From assembly GCF_006345805.1 (NCBI RefSeq), contig NC_043009.1, positions 2,666,001 through 2,730,000 on the forward strand: a stretch of 64,000 bases of DNA. The letters are read 5' to 3'. Positions 13,607 through 28,326 of the stretch are shown here, one piece after another; within the stretch, counting starts at the first letter, position 1; every line of letters starts with the position of its first letter. This DNA is from Octopus sinensis. Its lineage: Eukaryota. The translations under genes and the position numbers were made by a program. Under the pieces are notes generated by a model that was not told the DNA's origin, ran no database searches, and worked only from the letters and a program-made list of their open reading frames with translations.

Positions 13607-14039
13607 CCTATCTGTCTGTCTATTTACATATATGTATTTCTATATATGTTTATATGTTTGCATGTATATAGCCCGAATATAAAGAAAATATATACAAACA
13701 TATATACAAACACTCACATACACACACGTATATACATATATATATATAATATATATACATCCATCTCAACATACCGGACTGTTCTTTTTAGACACGTATT
13801 TTTTTCTCTTCATCTCTTATCATTTTTCTCAAGCTGTTAAGATTGAGAAAAGATCCTTTTTCAGAAACTTGAAATGTATTAGATTGTCAAGAATATTATT
13901 GCGGTTTTTAACCTTTAAATGCCCATATCTCGCCTCAAACAAAACGTTGTTAATGAAAGTAAACAGCGTTTGATCAACACACTTTTGCCAACACGAATTA
14001 AGTTTATTTATGCCAGTAGCGTAAAAAAAATTGCGTTCT

Positions 14040-14441
14040 GGTGACGATTAAGCCGTTGAAAGCATGTGAAAGTCCACTGTGGACTCTATATTCACTAAGG
14101 TCATGGGCCTTACAGAGGGTAATTTCAAGGCGAGGTTCAATAATCACACCTTGAGCTTCAGGCACTTGGATAAAAGGAAAACGGCCAAATTGGCTAATCA
14201 TATATGGTCATTAAAAGATAAAGGTGTCAGTTATAGCATCCATTGGAAAATCTTGGCCAAGTGTAAGCCCTACACCAACGGCAGTGGAAAGTGCTGTCTT
14301 TGTGATATGGAAAGATGGCTCATCTGGAAAAGCAGCTTAGACCTCACCACATCTCAAAATTCAAGAACTGAACTTTTCGGGTCATGTCCATACGTAGCTA
14401 AATATTTGTTACGTTTTTGGTCCCCCCGAGATTACAGATAG
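14040..14441 (+). pseudogene. Penelope-like element GIY-YIG endonuclease C-terminal fragment
   Basis: ORF 14079-14441 reads VMGLTEGNFKARFNNHTLSFRH..LANHIWSLKD..WKIL..KPY..KCCLCDMERWLIW..NSRTELFGSCPY. This is a typical PLE EN, homologous to ORF 38153-38641. Confidence 0.85.
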
Positions 14442-15039
14442 GACTTACTTTCTATATTGTGTCTACGTACAAGCTTTGTATCTCTCTATAATTTTTAATT
14501 ATATTTCTTATATATTTTTACATATTTTCTTACATATTTATAGATATATTGTTTTATAGTTTTATTGCTCATATATTTTTTACAGATATTTATCTGTATT
14601 CTACCTTCCACCCTGCATTTTTCTTATGCGTATATAGACGTGTATATGGAATTTTTTGTGTGCGCGTGTGGATGTGTGCATGTGTACGTGTATGTGCGTA
14701 TATAGACGTATGTGTGCGCGTGCATGCGAGTATGTGCGTATATAGACGTGTTTTACTCTTATTGCTCATTTTTTCCCACTTTTTTCCACATTTTTCTGTA
14801 TTTTGGCATTAGCCGTGTTTTTTTTTGTGCATGTGCGTATATAGACGTGTATAGGAACCATTTCTGTGCGCGAGTGTGTGCGAGCGTGTATACGGGTATG
14901 TAGGGTGAGCATATGTGTGTGTTTCAAGTGAGGCTGGATGAGTATATACATATAGGCGCATGTACGTGTGTGTACGGGCGCGCATGTGTATGTACGGACA
15001 TACGCGCTTACGCGATTACCATGAAGGTTTTTACTTCTT

Positions 15040-15460
15040 TCCTCTTATTTAGTGGTCATTCTAATAGCTCTTTTTCTCTTAATAACGGTCAATTACACAG
15101 TAATTTCCCTTTGTTTAACGGTCATTTGCATAGCATATTTTTTTCGACGGCTCGATAACTGAAGAGATGCCGGCGTGGGTTTCCGCCCCGACATCCAGAA
15201 CTCGGAGTTTTATCATGGCTACCGAATAATTGTCACATATTATATTTTGACCGGTTCGCGGAACACCTTCGTGACATCCACCTTGCGAACGACACACCGG
15301 TCTCTCGCCATTTCCGCTCCACCGGTCACTCCTTGCAACACCTATCTGTGTTCGGTTTGTCCTTACACAGAGGCCATCCGGATTCCTGTTTGCGCCGTGA
15401 ACAGGAATTAATCTTCTCTCTTCGCTCTTATACGCCATTTGGTCTCAACTCTCCCCCCTC
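15040..15460 (+). mobile_element. PLE remnant: pseudo-LTR-like segment with degenerate hammerhead followed by GIY-YIG C-terminus (Neptune-like)
   Basis: 15249-15449 translates to DRFAEHLRDIHLANDTPVSRHFRSTGHSLQHLSVFGL..RREQELIFSLRSYTPFGLN (EHLR..PV..HF...HS...RE..LIF.L....P.GLN). An HHR-like fold lies at 15154-15214. Confidence 0.8.
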
Positions 15461-15789
15461 CTCATCTAACCCCCCCTCTCCCCCTCCTCACCTACCTTTC
15501 CCCCCGACCCCTACTTCTTCAGTCCTTCATCCTTTCACCCCTACTCCCCTTCCCTTCTTCCCTCTTTCTCCCCCCCTCCTTCCCTCTTCCCCTTCCCTCT
15601 GCTCCCTCACTCCCCTTCTCTCTCCCCTCTCCCTCTTTCCTCCTTCCTCCTCCCCTTCCTTCCCCCCTCCTCTCTCTCCCCTCTCCCCCTCTCCCCCTCC
15701 TTTCCTCCCCTCTTCTCCCCTCCCCCTCTTCTCCTCTCTCCACACTACACCACACGACTTTACACATCACATCATATATGATGTGCCAT

Positions 15790-16345
15790 ACTAATACATA
15801 CTAATACATACTAATACATACTAATACATACACCAACCCTATACATACACACGTCCAGACCTCTCATACGCACTAATACTCTCTCATACACACACACACA
15901 CCCTTATACATACTAATACGTACTAATACATATTAATACATACTAATACATACACCAACCCTATACATACACACGTCCAGACCTCTCATACGCACTAATA
16001 CTCTCTCATACACACACACACACCCTTATACATACTAATACGTACTAATACATATTAATACATACTAATACATACACCAACCCTATACATACACACGTCC
16101 AGACCTCTCATACGCACTAATACTCTCTCATACACACACACACACCCTTATACATACTAATACGTACTAATACATATTAATACATACTAATACATACACC
16201 AAACCTATACATACACACGTCCAGACCTCTCATACGCACTAATACTCTCTCATACACACACACACCCTTATACATACTAATACATACTAATACATACACC
16301 AACCCTATACATTCACACGTCCAGACCTCTCATACACACACACAC
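15790..16345. repeat. Minisatellite with 122-bp unit built on a 10-bp CATACTAATA subunit, about 4.5 copies
   Basis: The CACCAA(C/A)CCTATAC anchor occurs at 15831, 15953, 16075, 16197 and 16297. Confidence 0.95.
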
Positions 16346-16479
16346 ACACACACCCTTATGTTGGAGCTGGTCACTCAATCCTATTATCTCCCCTAATTTC
16401 GCTCTCGCGTCTCATGTTTGATCTTTGACTTCTGGCCGAAATCAGATCGCCATGTTGGTTCGTTAGTTACTGCACGCAT

Positions 16480-16655
16480 TTTTTTTCTCTCCTTCTTTCT
16501 GTGTTTTTTTCTCTCTGTGTATCTTTCTGTTGAAGAACGTAGGCTCGAAACGTTAAAGACTTGTTTTATTTATATTTCCTGAGCGCCATACTAATACAAT
16601 TGTTTGTTTGTTTTCCACTGCCTTCGTCTTTTGTCTACTTTCATAAAGCTTCCCG
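16480..16655 (+). mobile_element. Family A hammerhead-bearing repeat, copy 2
   Basis: TCTTT-CTGTTGA-A-GAAC-GTAG-GCTC-GAAA-CGT-T-AAAGA at 16522-16559. The downstream sequence aligns with 4440-4520 and is followed by (TA)n. Confidence 0.7.
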
Positions 16656-16656
16656 T

Positions 16657-16745
<89 letters not shown>

Positions 16746-17296
16746 TTATAACATAGCAACGATGCTTTCAATCTCAACTTTTCATCCAAAACTGCTATAA
16801 GTGCGGAAATATTTCCTTTCAAATTTAAATGTTTACATACATATAGTACTTAGATATTGCAAACTTCGATGTAGAATTTATAGTTTAGAGAATTATGTAC
16901 ATTTTTCCCCATTTGCAATTTTATGAACGCCTTGGCATGTGTTTGTGTTCCCGTACTGTTTATATCCTATCAAATATGCGGTCATAATATTATTATCTGT
17001 TTGGGGGCGGTTATATTATTGTATATGTTTGGAGATGTTTATATTACTACATATGTTTGGAGGCGGTTATGTATCAATATGGCCGCCTTCTTATAGTTTA
17101 GGAATTATCTTTGCTAGTGTGCGTGATGGCGGACACTTATTTAAGCGTCTTTAAACATCTTCTCATCTGGCTTCCCTCATGACACGTGTTTTCAGATGAT
17201 AAAACATACATATATATGATAGTCCTATTGGCGGAGAACAAGACGATATTGATACGGTCCTTGATGATGATGGTGATGATGACGACGACGCATACA

Positions 17297-17340
<44 letters not shown>

Positions 17341-18318
17341 GGGTAATGATGATAAAATGATGATGAAGACAAGGTGATTATGATAATGATGATGATAACA
17401 GCGTTCACAATTTAAATATCATTATATTACTGTCATTGACCAAGTGTTGAAATTGTTCATTCCGCAATGTCCAAAAACGCACGCGCATGAGCATCAATGA
17501 TAGATCTTTGTGTGTGTGTCTGTGTGCGTGCATGTGTGTTTGTGCGTGCGCGTATAATTCATGGGATTGCGTGTTCTGTCAACGTGTGTACGTGTGTCGG
17601 TGTGAGTGTGTGCGTATGCGTGTGTGTATGTGAGTGTGCGCGTGTGTATGTTTGTATGTGTAGGTGTGTGGGGGGTTGTGCGCGTATGTGTCTGAGCATG
17701 TGGGTATGCATGTGAGTGTGTGCGTGCGTGTACAGTTTATTCGGATTGCGTGTCGTGTCATCGTGTGTGTGTCTGTGAGCAAGTGAGTGTGTGTGTTTCT
17801 GTGAGTGCTTGTGTTTGTGTGAATGTGTGTGTGCATGTGTGTGTGAGAGTGCGTGTACATGTGTGTGTTTGTGTGTGTGTGTGTGTGAATATGGGATGAT
17901 CTGTAAGTACGAAGCTGAACGTTATTGCTAATTCGTACGTCTCGTTGACCAAGATGGAGAGAATGGGGGGAAATGATAACGAAAAACACTAACAACAATT
18001 ACTGCTGTACAATGGACAGTTAGATGAAAACATAAAATGTTAATGTTCGCCAGCAGTGTATGCGAGTGAGGAGCGTGATGTGAAAGAATCAGAGGAATAT
18101 GAGAGGGAATTCTGAGTTTATAAGGAAGTTAGAAGGGGTAAGAGCAAGAAAGAGTAAGACGGATGAGTTACAGCGGAATGTACAGCTATATGTGCGAAAG
18201 AAGATTGTAAAAATAATGTTGGGAATTTGAAGAACGAACAGTTTTAAGCAACAGGTCCAGATAAAGTTTATAGGAACGTGGTAATTCCATATAAGTGTGT
18301 ATGTGTGTGCGTATATAT

Positions 18319-18363
<45 letters not shown>

Positions 18364-18394
18364 TTACACACATATATGATATAAATAATGATTT

Positions 18395-18481
18395 TCTCTT
18401 CTGGATTTTCTCTCTTGTTCTTTTCTGTGTTCCTTTTAGTGGAAGACCATAGGCTCGAAACGTTAAAGACATTTTCCCTTC

Positions 18482-18485
<4 letters not shown>
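18395..18485 (+). mobile_element. Family A repeat, copy 3 (truncated, core decayed)
   Basis: TTTTCTGTGT..GAAGACCATAGGCTCGAAACGTTAAAGAC aligns with copies 1 and 2. Confidence 0.6.
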
Positions 18486-18576
<91 letters not shown>

Positions 18577-19830
18577 TTATATTTATATTTATAATTACAT
18601 ATATACCGTACACATGTATATTTATACATTTATGTGCGTGAGTGTTATTATTTTTTGTGTTACTATACGTGTGTGTATATATATTATATAAATATGTTTA
18701 CGTATATATGCATATATATACACACATAAATATGTATATTGTATATATATTTAAACATATATATGCATATATGCATGTATATATATATATATATATATGT
18801 ATATACATATATACATGAACACATATACACACACATACATGCATACATACATATATATATGTGTAAATACATATATATACGTATATATGTATCGCTGTGA
18901 CATATGCCATAACAGAGATAGATATAGACACAGACCGAGGATATTAAGTGAAAAGCGATTGAGACAGTATAAAGTTAATAGATAAATTGGAAGACGAATG
19001 CATTACAAAAACAAGAAACGAAATAATAGATTTGGACAGAGTGCTCAAGGGCTAACAACGATGATGATGATACCGATGATGGCGACGGCAAGGATGACGA
19101 TGATGACATTGCATTTAGGAACAAGAAACACAACGCTGGGGATGATGATGATGATGAGGATGGTAGTGGAGATCAGTTATTTGATGACAACCATTACGTT
19201 GATGATATTGGTAAAGATGATGGAGATTTACAGGGACGATGACAACGACGAAAGCAGCGATGATGATGCTGAAAACAACGACGACGAATATGGTAATGTC
19301 AATAAGTACGATGAAAAATATAAAGAAGTTTGTAGAGAAACAACGACGATCATGATGGCTATGAAGATACTGTTTCAAATGATGATGATGATAATGATGA
19401 TGGTATTGATGATGACGATGAAGACATCGGTGATGAGGATGTCAAGACGACGACATAAATACGGATTTTAACAATCTTTCCAGCTGTTGGTTTTTAGATT
19501 GAATCTATATAATAAGTAAGGTTATCAAGACGTCAGGTTGTTATGAACTTATAAAAAGATATTCTCTCCGCCATTTCCAAACATTCAGTTGCCACATTTT
19601 ACCATATCTGCATACATACTTGTATACATACATACTTACATACATACATGCATACATACATACATATATGTATAAACATATACACACATGTACATACATG
19701 TATATATATATTATATATATATATATACATATACACACACATATATGTATACATACACATAATTATACATATACGTATGCATATATATATATATATATAT
19801 ATAAATACATTTATGTATACACACTCTAAA

Positions 19831-19889
<59 letters not shown>

Positions 19890-19935
19890 GTATATAATGT
19901 ATTTACATACATGCACACACGCGTATACATGTGTG

Positions 19936-19977
<42 letters not shown>

Positions 19978-20057
19978 TGTGTGATGTGTATGTGTGTGCA
20001 TGTATGTGTTTCTCTCTTTTTAGAAAAGACAGAATCATACATACACATATACATACC

Positions 20058-20088
<31 letters not shown>

Positions 20089-20139
20089 ATGTGTGTGCAT
20101 GTATGTGTCTCTGTCTTTTTAGAAAAGACAGAATCATAA

Positions 20140-20171
<32 letters not shown>

Positions 20172-20175
20172 GTGT

Positions 20176-20217
<42 letters not shown>

Positions 20218-20769
20218 CCCTTTCATATTTCACCCCTTTTCTTGCTTTTTCTCTCTTTCATTTATCACTCACCACCCTTCTCTCGTTCTCTCCTCTCTTC
20301 GCTGTTATTCTTCATATTTCATCATATTTCATGTTTTAATATCCATTCACAAAACAATTGCAGCTTGCCGGAGATCGATTAGGATGATAGTTGCGCTTTC
20401 GGTGATAGCAGCAGCAGCAGCAGCAGCAGTAGCAATAGCAGTAGCTGTAGTAGTAGTAGTAGTCACAATTCTGGTGTGGCTGTTGGCATTGACGGCGGAA
20501 TGGAAGAGCTGATAGCTCTGTTCTCTAGCAGAATTATCTTAATGTCCTTTCTACGCAATCTTCCATTTTGTTCATACATTGTACGGCATCTAATCAACTT
20601 ATAGACAGAACTATTAACCTACATTTTTTACTACGCGGGTATATACATACATATACATACATACATACATATATATACATACCTACATAAATATATATAC
20701 GCATATATATTTATATATGCATATATACACACATGTGTAGGTGTATATGTGTATGTATAGTGTCTATTT

Positions 20770-20817
<48 letters not shown>

Positions 20818-20852
20818 TATCTGTATATACATATAAATGTATGCACATATAC

Positions 20853-20891
<39 letters not shown>

Positions 20892-21031
20892 TACATATAC
20901 ATATATATATATATGTGTGTGTATGTATATATAATATATATATATAATAATAAATATTAGGGAATAAATCCAAATTTACAGGGAAAAATCAGATTTAGGA
21001 TTGAATCCAATTTTATAGTAAAATATTATAC

Positions 21032-21326
21032 AATATTAATTAGAGACAAAACCACTATTTTGTAAATCAAACAAGGAAAGACTTAATCAATACATAAAAA
21101 AATTTTAATATAAAGTAAATAAATCGCCACTACAATTGTTTCCTGTCTTCAAATGACATTCATCAGGTGGATTTCATATCTTCTAAATCCACTGATGAAT
21201 GTCATTTGAAGACAGGAAACAATTGTAGTGGCGATTTATTTACTTTATATTAATTTTTTTTTATGTATTGATTAAGTCTTTCCTTGTTTGATTTGCAAAA
21301 TAGTGGTTTTGTCTCTAATTAATATT
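21032..21326. mobile_element. Fold-back element: about 142-bp inverted repeat arms, each with a minimal hammerhead
   Basis: Arms 21032-21174 and 21185-21326 are reverse complements with few mismatches and a spacer of about 10 nt. HHRs lie at 21121-21174(-) and 21185-21237(+). Confidence 0.85.
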
Positions 21327-21374
<48 letters not shown>

Positions 21375-21619
21375 GGTTTTGGCATCCAGAAGATGTAAAG
21401 GCAGCTAACGTTATGTAAGTACTACGGAAGGACTGCTGCTAGACTCACGGTTTGATAATAGTAACTCTCTCATATCGTCTCTGATTTTGGGATATCTTTT
21501 ATATCCCTAAAACAACTGTAAGACTACTTTTCTCTTTATAGATATCCTAGAAACTTCACACTGCTTTGGCTTTCTTCTCTCATTTGATTTAACTCACCTA
21601 CACACAAGCATGGACATAA

Positions 21620-21687
<68 letters not shown>

Positions 21688-21725
21688 ATTTAAGGCCAAC
21701 TTGTATATATATATATATATATATA

Positions 21726-21770
<45 letters not shown>

Positions 21771-22149
21771 GTGTCGAATTTGTGTGAAGGAATATAAAAT
21801 ATTATATCATTCTTGTTTTCAGTTTTTTTTTACTTTAGTACTGTAACATTACAAAAAATATATTATAATGCACATTAAGTTAAATTAGTGCGGTCATACA
21901 TAGTGTAATAATAAAATTTTAAATGTGTTTAACAGACAGTTGAGCTCTTGACAACTTTAATACCTCTTAGAACGCTCTCAGAAGCCGAATTTTTAGAACA
22001 ATTTTTGACTAATCAGTATGCAGCTTCAACATCATGCTTTGCCAGTCGTACCGATATTCTGTAACTTGTTTATATTTCTATGTTAGAGATATTTTTAAAT
22101 CCACTTCGTTAATTGGTGTTATATTCATGTCGTTAGTTCCGTTCAGAAC

Positions 22150-22862
22150 AGTTTTGAAAAATGTAATAAAACATTTTTTCTTTTATCTTTCTTCCAAACT
22201 TACTTGTATCATGTAGTTTGTGGAAAGGAAAAATTAGAAACAGTTACTGACCACATGCCTCTATATATGCACACAATGGAATTTGGCAAACATTGGTGTT
22301 CCGGATTTATTGTCTCTGGACTCGAGAGCGTTCCAATAATGCATTCTCTGTCTCACCTATATATAATTCCTCACAATTCGGTCTTTTAAAGCAGTTGATC
22401 CAATTTCTGCTTTTACAGTTCATATCTGCATTTGCGGGAATCTGTCCAGTTTTTGTTGTAATGGATCTACCAGTATGTATGTATTAACACGTTATCATGT
22501 TATCATTGCACTTCGCTTCTGTGAATGTCTTATCCTGTCTGTTCATGTCTTATCCTGTCTGTTCATGTTGTCGAATTTTGCCTTTGTTAGCAGTTTCTTT
22601 AGGTTATGTGGTAGCCTTTTGTATAAGATAAGTGTTTGATTAGTTATTATATTTTATAATTCTCCACTTTGTTTTATGATTGGCAAATTTGTTTCGATGA
22701 TGTTAAAAATATTTTGGTGATTTGTGTTTTTAGAAATAGTGTTGTTATCTTTGATGAGTCTGTCTCTTTCGTGTTGCTCTAAGTTGTTCTATAGGCCTCT
22801 CTTTTGCTCGTTGAATTCTATTTTCTCTAATTGAGGAGGGTAATTTTGCTTGAGAAGAAATC
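22150..22862 (-). pseudogene. Decayed Penelope-like element: RT C-terminus, linker and GIY-YIG endonuclease
   Basis: Manual minus-strand translation gives KQNYPPQL..IQRAKERPIEQLR; KRLPHNLKKLLTKAKF; MNCKSRNWINCFKRPNCEELYIGETENALLER; IFPFHKL..RKIKEKCFITFFK. It contains stops, frameshifts and a 19-bp tandem duplication. Confidence 0.85.
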
Positions 22863-23832
22863 ATTTGAGCTCTATAAGTCGTGTGTTTCTGGTATTTTTA
22901 TCGATCCTGAAAGAATAAAAGGCAAAGTCTACCTCGGCAAACGTTTGTCCAGTGTGCTATGTACTCTCCCGGATCACAGCCTATATAAAATTACAATGTA
23001 TTACAAATAAGGAGATGCTTTTCGTAACTACTATAATGTTGCGAACAAATCCCTAGATTTTCAGCGTGATCGTTCGTAAACTTATAGCAACGTAGTATTA
23101 ACATGTCCTATTTGAACAAGCATCTCAGTGAAGGAATATGATGCCAGAGCATTAAGCGTTATATGCTACTCAACAATTTGCTGAGAGTCGAAAGTATTTT
23201 CATCTTTTCAGGGTTTTAGTTAAAAAGCAATTTATAAGAAAGACATACTTGATATTCCATTGACGCATTTGAAATCATGAAGGCGGTTGTGTTTATATCA
23301 GATTCGCTACATTTATGTTTTTCATTATCTTCATTGGCTGGTTTTAGACAATATACTTCACAGCTAAAAATAACCCATCTGTGAGGGATGTGTAACGGCT
23401 ATAATATTGACTGTTCGAAACCCATACTTTGGACCGTACGGGAGAATTCACAAATACATATATATGCTTACATATATAAATACAAGTGGTGAGTATTCAT
23501 GCAAATGTACACATACATTTCCTAATAGAAACCTATACATACGTACATACAGTATATGTGGGTGCATTAAAATAAGCTACAGAAATGGAAGCGCAAAAAA
23601 TATTGGCCTTAATATATTTCAACTAAGCGAAAAAAATCGCACATATGTAACAATGGCATTCACCAAAATATACCAAGCTACTATAAAGCGAATGAAAAGG
23701 AACATTCAGTTGACCAGGAAGACCAAAAATAATAAATAGGTGAAGTTTATAGATAATTCTACACAGAATATATTCCTTGCATACAATGGAACTAAATACA
23801 TACATACATACATACATACATACATACATACA

Positions 23833-23864
<32 letters not shown>

Positions 23865-23928
23865 CATATATAGATAGATAGATTGATATGTACAATATAC
23901 CTATATACATATACATATACATGTACAT

Positions 23929-24013
<85 letters not shown>

Positions 24014-24312
24014 CATATATATACATGCATACTTGCTAATAGAGAGAAGAAAGAGAGGCAGGCGGGGTGAAACGGTATGAGAAAAATGGTATCAGCTATC
24101 AATTGAGCTTATTTTTATGCATTTCACAAGTAGGTCATGCGTACACATGCTCCACATATACAGGCACACACAGACACTCATACACCCACCCATATAAGAT
24201 AATATGTTACATATATAATAAATAACGGCTCTTTTTAACGATATATGTATATATATATCGTCGCACATATATATGTATATATATATAAATGTACATGTAT
24301 ATGTGTTTATAT

Positions 24313-24351
<39 letters not shown>

Positions 24352-24580
24352 ATCTATAAATGAATGTGTTGATAATATTGATGCAGAGGCCATTTACCGG
24401 TATTTTAAAGCAATCTATAGGCTCCTGTGACGACATAATATAGGTAAACGGGAATAATATACCAACCATTGACGAGCATTTTTGCTTCATTGGCTTTCCG
24501 ATGTACAATAGACATGCAAAACAGTTTTCAATCTCGCCTTCAATAGAAGCTGTTTGCTTATACATAAATATAGGCATACG

Positions 24581-24611
<31 letters not shown>

Positions 24612-24638
24612 TTATATATATTATATATATATATATAT

Positions 24639-24706
<68 letters not shown>

Positions 24707-25720
24707 TCATGAATATATGTACCCATATATGTTTGTAGACATGTACACATACAGGCGCGCGCGCTCACTCAACAAATATACAAACATACACACGCTGAGA
24801 GAAAAAAACACACACGCACACATATATGTATAAATATCCTTTAAATTAGGGCCATAAAATATGCGATATAAACTAGACTAGTATGTGAAATGAATAGATA
24901 AAAAATGTACATTGTGTTTTCTTCAGACGTAAGCAACTAGAAAAGCGATAAGCGGCGGACCTATGAATATACATAACAAATGGTATAGTTAATTGTGTGT
25001 GTATATAAATGTATGTATATGCATATATATAGGTATATATATATATATATATATATATAAATATATATATTAGTATATGTATGTATGTATATTTGTATGT
25101 ATGTATATATATATGTGTGTATATATATATATATAAACAATACATACACACATGTGAGTGAGTGCATATATGTGCATGCATATATATATAAACATGTATA
25201 TATGTACACATACTAATATACTATCCCTAAATATCTCATATATTAATATGTAATTTCTTATATGAGAATTTTGCGCATTTGTTTATAGACACTACACACC
25301 CACAAGCTAATGTATATATACATATAAATATATATATATGTGTGTATGTGTATGTGAATATATATACACGTATAAATATTTATATATATATATATATACA
25401 TACCGTACGTGTGTGTTAGTAACTTGTGAAAGCCAGCAACACAGTTTACTCCATAGATTGAATGTCGCTGGTTCGCTAGTTATATGTAAGTTATGCATTT
25501 TTGTAAGATCATATTCTTATCAGAATTAACCTGTCGTTATGTGTCTAAATTAAAAATTGTAGACACATCAACAGTACCATTTCGATACTCGCCATCAATA
25601 ACTACCATTAATATTAGAAATAAACTGACTGTATATTCGATTGTCTCTGTATTTTTTTATAGAAATGTATACCCATATGAATGTTGTATATATATGTATG
25701 CATATCTGTTATATATGTAT

Positions 25721-25829
<109 letters not shown>

Positions 25830-26118
25830 GAAATATGTACGAAAAGAAAATATAAAATACACGTGGAAATGTAAGGGTAAAATATGAAAAATCAATGAAA
25901 ATGCATATTGCAAAGAGAAAAAGGCTATTTATGACAGGTAACGACAAATATATACATTTAGATTGACTGAGGTAGTAATACGAGTCATAAAGGTCATTAT
26001 TATGAGATGATTATAAGATGATAATAAAGTAAGAGAACAAAACAAACCAATGTATTACGCGATCTATTCATCGTTTTGATTGATACATATATTATGTATG
26101 TGTGCATGTATGTGTGTA

Positions 26119-26179
<61 letters not shown>

Positions 26180-28194
26180 GCATGCATACTTATATTATTT
26201 ACGCACATACGATATGGACCGTGCAGAAAAAAAAACAATATAAATTCATACCACACACAGCAGTGGAAATATAGTTTTGTAACAAAGTTAACTCAAATAC
26301 GATTTGTGCATTTCGATACGAAAATATTGTAGCACTACAGAGCTGTTTTGCAACATGCGTGCTGTGAAGTTCATACGTAGTTTGTATAATGTGAAGAAAT
26401 TACAATTGGAAATAATAGTTATTTGTATTGCGATATTTGTAAATACTTGATCGCAGTAGCGTAATTTAACTTCTCTTTATCCGGTGTGTTTAAAATTTTT
26501 TTTTTTATTTCACGTTTTAATGGAATTAGAAGATCCTGAAATTGTCGTGTGATGAATGGCGAGTGACGTATAATTTGTGTCACTTTATGATAGCAATAAT
26601 TGAACAAAATTCCGTGAAAGCATATTTTCTTTTCAATTTTATTTCTTGTGTCTGAGTGTGACAACTTTGTGAATAGAATTTTTTTTTACCATTAGCAAAA
26701 ATGTGGACACTTTCGAATGAACATATGTTTTGTTTTTGGCTGAAGAATTTGGGTGTGAATTAGAAAGCGAAGCAAATGTATATTTGGAATGCAAATATCT
26801 GAAACAGACACTTACATAAGCGAAATCTCCGTTTCTTCAAATATCATGAAGAATCTCTGCATAAGATTATGTTCATTCATTTCTGTTCACTCTTATACTC
26901 ATCTGGTTTACCTGTTTACCATTGCTTTCTATCAATTACCAATGTCTACACCACGGTATATCAGCAACAAATGTAACTTGCATTCATGCTTGAATTCCTA
27001 CAACGAAATCTACTAAAACCACATACAAACATTTCCATAGAAGCAAACACACGTTGCATAATGTACTAACAACAAAATGTTACGATGATATTGGATATGT
27101 GCTGATTAGTGGCTTGCAGAATACCGATTAAACTGTGGTTAAACCGCAAATGATATAGTTAATTTTCATTGACTCCTGCATTGTCGAACTGGATTAGAGT
27201 TTAAAAATATATTCTATGCAATAATTTCCTTATATAGAGCCAACACCTTATATATTTAGAGGAGAATGTATTTGGTGCGACCCACTCATATAACTGGTTA
27301 ATAGTTACACATAATATAAAAAAATAGTTTAGAGCGCTAATGTTTAGAAAGATCTTTAGGTACAGCGTATAAGAGCGGTGAGTGCACAGATGCAAAATGT
27401 TTAATTTCTCATTATATCAGTTCCGCTACCAACCCAATAGACACTGGTTCCGCTATTAGTATGAATCACAATAATATTGCTCATATTAATGAAGTGTTCA
27501 TTTACCTAGCACTCCTACTGGTGCTGAAATATGCGCATTCATTCTATTATTAAAGTTGTGCTCATTGACAATATGGCTTTTAAGAAGAAATTTCGCATCA
27601 TCTTAGAATCAGGGTTAAATGTAATTCTTCAGCTGCTTTGTCATCAAGTATACTGAACTTGATGATCATAAAGACAGCAGTTGCTATCACGAGCAGTCAT
27701 TGACAATTCTGTTATGGCAATGGCAGTGATGACAAAGAAAACAACGACGATGTCGAGGATTGGTGATGACAATAAGGATTAGGATAATGATGAGGATAAT
27801 GATGAGGATAATGATGACGAAGCGTAAATGATTGTGTTGATAATAATGTGATTACTATAAATTCTGGTGTAATTTTCCCATCCATATTGTTATAAATATC
27901 GTATTTCTTTTCAATGAAACTTGATGCTGCTTCAGAAAATGCCTTATAGAACATAGGTACGACACCTCCATGATCGACCACAGTATTGGCTCCGATTCGC
28001 TGTTTTTTGTTTTCTTTTTAAGTAGTGAGACGCTGCATTTACCAAACTGAAAAACAGGGAACAATGTAGCAAATTGTAGTTAATAGGAAAGCTAGAAATG
28101 TATATAAAATCACTTCTACCTGTTGACCGACAGGTATATTTGTGCCAACTGTAGTTTGTGATTCAACGCAGTATGTTTCTCTGCTAGAGCTTTG

Positions 28195-28326
28195 ATACTG
28201 CCTTTAGTCGAGCAAATCGATACCAGGACTTATTCTTTGGAAGCCTAGTACTTATTCTATTGGGCTCTTTTGCCGAACTGCTAGGTTACAGGGACGTAAA
28301 CACAGCAGCATCGGTTGTCAAGCGAT
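28195..28326 (-). mobile_element. Family 1 SINE 3' fragment
   Basis: CCTTTAGTCGAGCAAATCGA..GGACTTATTCTTTG..CTTTTGCCGAAC..GACGTAAACACAGCAGCATCGGTTGTCAAGCG matches 41700-41850 in reverse. Confidence 0.8.

Noticed and set aside
15790-16345. CRISPR-like regular repeat spacing
   Set aside because: The units are identical tandem copies with no unique spacers, in a eukaryotic context with no cas genes.
18998-19471. 157-aa Met/Asp-rich ORF
   Set aside because: Degenerate (GAT)n repeat. Other frames have stops and there is no recognisable protein.
25427-25482. Imperfect roughly 55-nt hairpin (CCAGC/GCTGG)
   Set aside because: It relies on several G-U pairs and bulges, within chance expectation.
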